Origin: the human T2T-CHM13v2.0 reference genome, Homo sapiens
Assembly: GCF_009914755.1 (NCBI RefSeq)
Contig: NC_060944.1
Strand: one strand, 5' to 3'
Length of the DNA stretch: 64,000 nt
The notes below the pieces were generated by a model. It worked only from the letters and a program-made list of their open reading frames with translations. It did no database searches and was not told where the DNA came from. The translations under genes and the position numbers were made by a program. Below, piece after piece: positions 59,300 through 64,000 of the stretch; the stretch's first letter is position 1, and every line of letters begins with the position of its first letter.

Positions 59300-59870
59300 A
59301 ATTCTCATTCCCTGCTTTTCTTTAAGGACAACAACAAAATGGGAAGACTATTTTCCTGTCAAATACACATTAAAAACAGAATTTCATGTGAGTCAAATAG
59401 AATTACCTTTGCAACTGTAGCAATGGTGAGTCACCATGTAAAATTACTTGTCAACTCTCAAAACTCTGTGGTTGCTATGAATGACATAGCCTTTCCTGGA
59501 GACAGTCTCGAAGATATTCAGCCCACAGAGCACCATTTTCCCTCCGCCACTATTCCTTTGTGCACCTGCAGTTTTGAGTCAACAAAAATTGCCAACCCAG
59601 GGTGATAAGCTCCATATAAATAATTAATGACATGGAACTAATTACTCCTGTATTAGGCCACCTGCACCCTCAAAGCTCAAGAGCCCCAGGTGTGAAAATT
59701 GCAGGGGCAACTAATGGTGAGCTGCATTTCATCACGTAAGCCCTGTAGAGGAGGCCCTGGCTGTTTCCTGCTCACGCTTTTTTCAGGGTTCAGTAAGCAG
59801 AGCCCGGGTGGGACTGACTGCTTTTGTAACATCTCAGAAGGCAACCAGACGATGTGGTGACGCTTGAAAA
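59300..59870. promoter_or_regulatory. Candidate AP-1/RUNX enhancer
   Basis: TGAGTCA at 59389, 59427 and 59575; TGTGGTT 59467; TGTGGT 59853; CATTCC 59306; in non-repeat sequence. Confidence 0.55.
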
Positions 59871-60864
59871 TCGAGCTCTTACAGGCCACCAGGAGGTAAG
59901 AGGGATTAGGTTTAATTAGAGGAAAATACACCTTGAAGGATATGGTTGGAAATTGTCCCTTGAGGTATGCGAAACCTGCTCCAACAACTCTATGTGAGAG
60001 TGCTACATTTAAGAGTTATGGGACTTCCGTTTCATTATTTAAGCAGATTCCCAGGATTTCAGGATTTCAATCTTCAAATATGTGAATTAAATTATATACG
60101 TATCTATACATCTGAAATGTATATTATAACACAACATTATAACATTTATATTACTACTTTTTGGTGGGGATCTTTATTTTCCTGGCTTGGTGGTGTGTGT
60201 GTGTGATTGATTGATTGATTTGTTGGTTGATTGATTGATATAGACTCTTTCCAAGTGAGATCTTAAAATCTTCTTGGAAGGAAATCTACTGCAAAGTAGT
60301 CTACAGTTTATGATGACTTAAACACCAGTAGAAATTCTCAGGCCATCTTGTAGAACATCATTATTAGTTTTGCATTGGCTTTGGAATGAAGAAGAAAAGG
60401 AGAAAATATGATTGAAGTTACTACCTCTAGGAACTTCAAGTTCCTTGATTTCGCTGACTGCAAAGCTCAGTATGGGAGATCCAACTTCTCATTTAGTGAC
60501 AGCCTCTTATCAGTTATTATTCTTTTGTTATGGTTTGACGGTGAGATGGGGAAAACAACAATTGGATACTCAATAGCACATTTACAAAATGCTAGAATTA
60601 AAGATTCTAAAAGTCCGTGGGGAAAATTCCAGGAGAATTTGTCTAACTATATGTTTTTCTAAAACACACATACTGGTTTACACTAATTAGCCCACAGAAT
60701 ACCTATTTCTATTGTTTTCATCTTGCGAGTTGGAAAGTTTAGGAAAAAACTTTTTTTGCTTTCACCCTCTTCTGTTCCCTTAGCCCCACAATTAAGCTTA
60801 AATTACATTTTTCTATACTCATCATATTAAAATTTATATCCAAATATATATAGTAGTCTCTAAT

Positions 60865-61190
60865 AATTTTGTTTAATTAATAGACTTTGTTTTTGGAGCA
60901 GTTTTAGGTTTACAGAGAAGTAGAGTGGAAAGTAGAGTTCCCATATATCCCTCTTACCACCTGCTCCCCAGTTTCCCTTATTATTAACGTCTTGCATCAG
61001 TATGGGACATTTGTTATGGCCAATGAGCCAGTAGAGCCAGTATAGATACATTATTATTAACTAAAGTCCACAGTTTACATTAGGGTTCATTCTGTGTGTC
61101 ACATATTTTATGGGGTTTGACGAATGTATAATGACATGTATATACCAATACATTACTGTACAGAATAGTCTCACTGCCCCCAAAATTCTA
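60865..61190 (-). mobile_element. L1MC1-like 3' end
   Basis: GAGCAGTTTTAGGTTTACAG...TATTATTAACTAAAGTCCACAGTTTACATTAGGGTTCA...GGTTTGACGAATGTATAATGACATG. Confidence 0.8.
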
Positions 61191-61624
61191 CCCCCCCCCC
61201 TTTTTTTTAACAAAAATGAGATATTTATTACACTTTGATTTTTCTTTCAATTTCTTCAAGTCAACTGACTGGGTTGATCTACCCCATTCCTTTTAACAGC
61301 TGTGTAATAGTACATGGTGCAATGATGCCATAGTTGATTTAACATTTCCTCTTGTGGATTAGAATTCATATTATATCCTTGTGCAGATTATGCTTTTACA
61401 CTCACAGAATTTGACTCCCAGGAGAAGGGCTGCAGAATCAACGGCTATGTGCACTATTACTTTTAATGAGTATTGCCATGTTGCTTTTAAATAAAGCTGC
61501 ATTAAGTGACATTTCCACCTGTGATATGAAAGTACGTTTTTGCCCCAGTCCTCACCAGGAGCAGGTATTATACACCCACAGTTGAAAACATCTGGTAATT
61601 TTTATTTGAGAAGGATGAATAACA

Positions 61625-61870
61625 CAGTAGTTGTATATGTTGGCTCTGAATTGTGATTGGGCTAGAGCTCTAGCACTACCACTTTCTGCTCAGCAACCTT
61701 GGGCAATTCATTTCACTTCCAGTACCTCAGTTTCCTCATCTGTAATATATGGATATAATAATCCTATTACATCATAGGGTTGATTGGGTGATTAGACAGG
61801 ATAATACATAGAACAGGCTGATCCTGTACCTGGCTTAGACTAAGTATTCAGTTAATGATAGCTTTTATTA
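61625..61870 (+). mobile_element. MIR
   Basis: ACCTTGGGCAATTCATTTCACTTCCAGTACCTCAGTTTCCTCATCTGTAA...CATCATAGGGTTG. Confidence 0.8.
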
Positions 61871-62477
61871 CTAGAATATTATGGATGGATCATGAGATCC
61901 TTCGAACAATATCCAGAAATATTGCTTCATTATAATATTCTTGGATAAATTGTGGAATTCTACTAAATTTTGGGGTAATTAGGTGAGATCAAAGCAGATA
62001 CAAACATTCCCTTAATGTCAAACCACAGAATGTAGTATCCAAAAACAGAAGCCTACCTCTGATCATCATCCCTCTGTAAATGTACAAAAATAATTAACTA
62101 AAATTCAGGTTATTAGAGAATCTCACTTTGTATAAGCACAAACCTTTTGTCAGAGTTGAAGCTAACATCTTGGCATACTAAATTTATTCAGGTGTTATTT
62201 CTTCCCTCCTTATATTTAAAAACAAAGTCAAAGCTGTTACTATCAAATTATTAAGTGGCCAATTTCTCTTTAGCTCTTATTTTAAATTCTTTGTCAAGGT
62301 AGTCTCTGTAGACTGTACCTCAGGGCACATTATAGCATTCCCTGATTCTTCAGGACTAAGACTGTCTCCTCCAACTTTCCCCATATATCATGCTATTTCT
62401 GTTCTTCACCTGTAACCTCTGAGGATGGACCAAAAGTTATTCCTTAAATTCCTTAGCAGGAGCTGAGCGCATCCTTG

Positions 62478-62868
62478 AGAGAAAGAGAGATGAGAGAGAG
62501 AGAGAGAGAGAAGGGAGGGAGGGAGAGAGAGAAGGGAGGGAGAGAGAGAGAGGAGAGAGAGAGAGAGGAGGGAGAGAGAGAGGAGGGAGAGAGAGAGAGG
62601 AGGGAGAGAGAGAGGAGGGAGAGAGAGAGAGGAGGGAGAGAGAGAGAGGAGGGAGAGAGAGAGAGGAGGGAGAGAGAGGAGGGAGAGAGAGAGGAGGGAG
62701 AGAGAGAGGAGGGAGAGAGAGAGGAGGGAGAGAGAGAGAGGAGGGAGAGAGAGAGGAGGGAGAGAGAGAGAGGAGGAGGGAGAGAGAGAGAGGAGGGAGA
62801 GAGAGAGAGAGGAGGGAGAGAGAGAGAGGAGGGAGAGAGAGAGAGAGGAGGGAGAGAGAGAGGAAGAA
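62478..62868. repeat. Purine-only GGAGG(GA)n minisatellite
   Basis: No pyrimidine on the + strand from 62492 to 62868. Confidence 0.97.
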
Positions 62869-64000
62869 TAGAGGGTTGGAGGCAGAGAGATTTGGAGGAG
62901 GGATGGGTGCCTGGTCTCTACCTTAAAAATGCAATCATTATCCTCCCTGAGCCCCTGCGTGGATGGCACTTCCAACCATGTGAAATGCCCTCTCCTTCCG
63001 ATGGGAATTTTGTGATAGTTTAGGAAATTGTGAATGGTCTGACAACATGGCTCCCTGTTGCATACTGGGCAACATCTAGTTATGACAGAAAGCTGGTTAT
63101 ATTAGATAAAGGCAGTAAAGAATCTTGAGAACTTTTGCTTGTTTGTCTGGGGGCTTTTGTGCTATCCTGAAGCAGGAACTGTGGAGTACGAACTGTATGA
63201 TGTCCTAGTAGACATGCCCTGCTATGCTGGCCCTTCTTTCTGATCCAAGAGTCAGGGAATATTGTCTAACAGGAATTTTCAGCAGTTGCTGTAATGCCAA
63301 ACATTGAAAATTTCAAGACCTTTTTACTCTTTCTATGGGATTTGTGGAAAGGAGTATTCAAAATTGTTATTGACTTAAAAAATCAAAAGTGTAGCTCATG
63401 AACACTAAACTTGAAATTACTGTAGTTGTGTATTTTAAAAATAAATTGCAACCAATTTTTATGACTCCATACCAAACAGCAATTTATCTTAGATGTTTTA
63501 AATTATTTATTCAGTAACACTCTCTGAATGCCATGCTACATAGAGAATGAATGGAAAATGTCAGAAGACCTGCTCTAACTTCCCTTTAGGATTGCCATGG
63601 GAAACGGAAAACACTTACCTGTAATTTCAATATATATGAAGCTCTGAGCATGTAAGCATGACCCTAAGCGAGTGTGAGAGGAAGAAGGAATAACAGAAAG
63701 AAGCAGTGACATGTAGCTGAGAGTGGGAGGAATGTTCTAGAGAGCATGAATAGATTGAATTGGACCCCAGATGTTATGGGGCCAGTCTTAATTTCAAATA
63801 TTCCCTCTTGCTCTTTAATTAAACACATTTGTGAATCAATTAAAAAAAAACAACAACAACCTTGTCGGGCCATGAATTTCTAATCTGGGTTCACAAACAT
63901 GTTCAGCCAAATTAAAAAAAAAAAAAAAAGTGGTGGGCACAGTAACTCTTGAATGGTGGTGGAACTATAATATGGAAGGTCCTGAACAACAGCTTTTTTA

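Noticed and set aside
62406-63023. Long ORFs (189 aa L/S/P-rich; 182 aa E/R/G-rich)
   Set aside because: Stop-free translations of the GA/GGA minisatellite, with no gene context.

Overview
Primate genomic DNA, almost certainly human chr20p12.3. The window opens inside the last coding exon of BMP2 (C-terminal mature TGF-beta domain, stop TAG at 285-287). The AU-rich BMP2 3'UTR follows, with three AATAAA signals up to ~1.45 kb. The remaining ~62 kb is the proximal part of the gene desert 3' of BMP2, and no other protein-coding gene is supported: the other ORFs are Alu, L1 or simple-repeat read-throughs, or chance ORFs. It is a typical mosaic of Alu, L1, L2, MIR, MaLR/ERV LTRs and hAT MITEs with unique intervals between them. 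I see no evidence of a novel gene system. The best leads are regulatory or genome-dynamic: (1) a dense AP-1 x3 + RUNX + TEAD motif cluster at ~59.3-59.9 kb; (2) two neighbouring, independently inserted Alus sharing a non-consensus 6-bp duplication in a 46-bp identical tract, suggesting gene conversion; (3) a divergent pair of CTCF-like sites at ~41.0 and ~50.2 kb; (4) GATA/ETS (~21-22 kb) and FOX/GATA/TCF (~52.6-53 kb) motif clusters; (5) a twin-primed 5'-inverted L1PA; (6) a 377-bp pure-purine minisatellite. Repeat subfamilies and boundaries were called by eye from remembered consensus sequences and are approximate.
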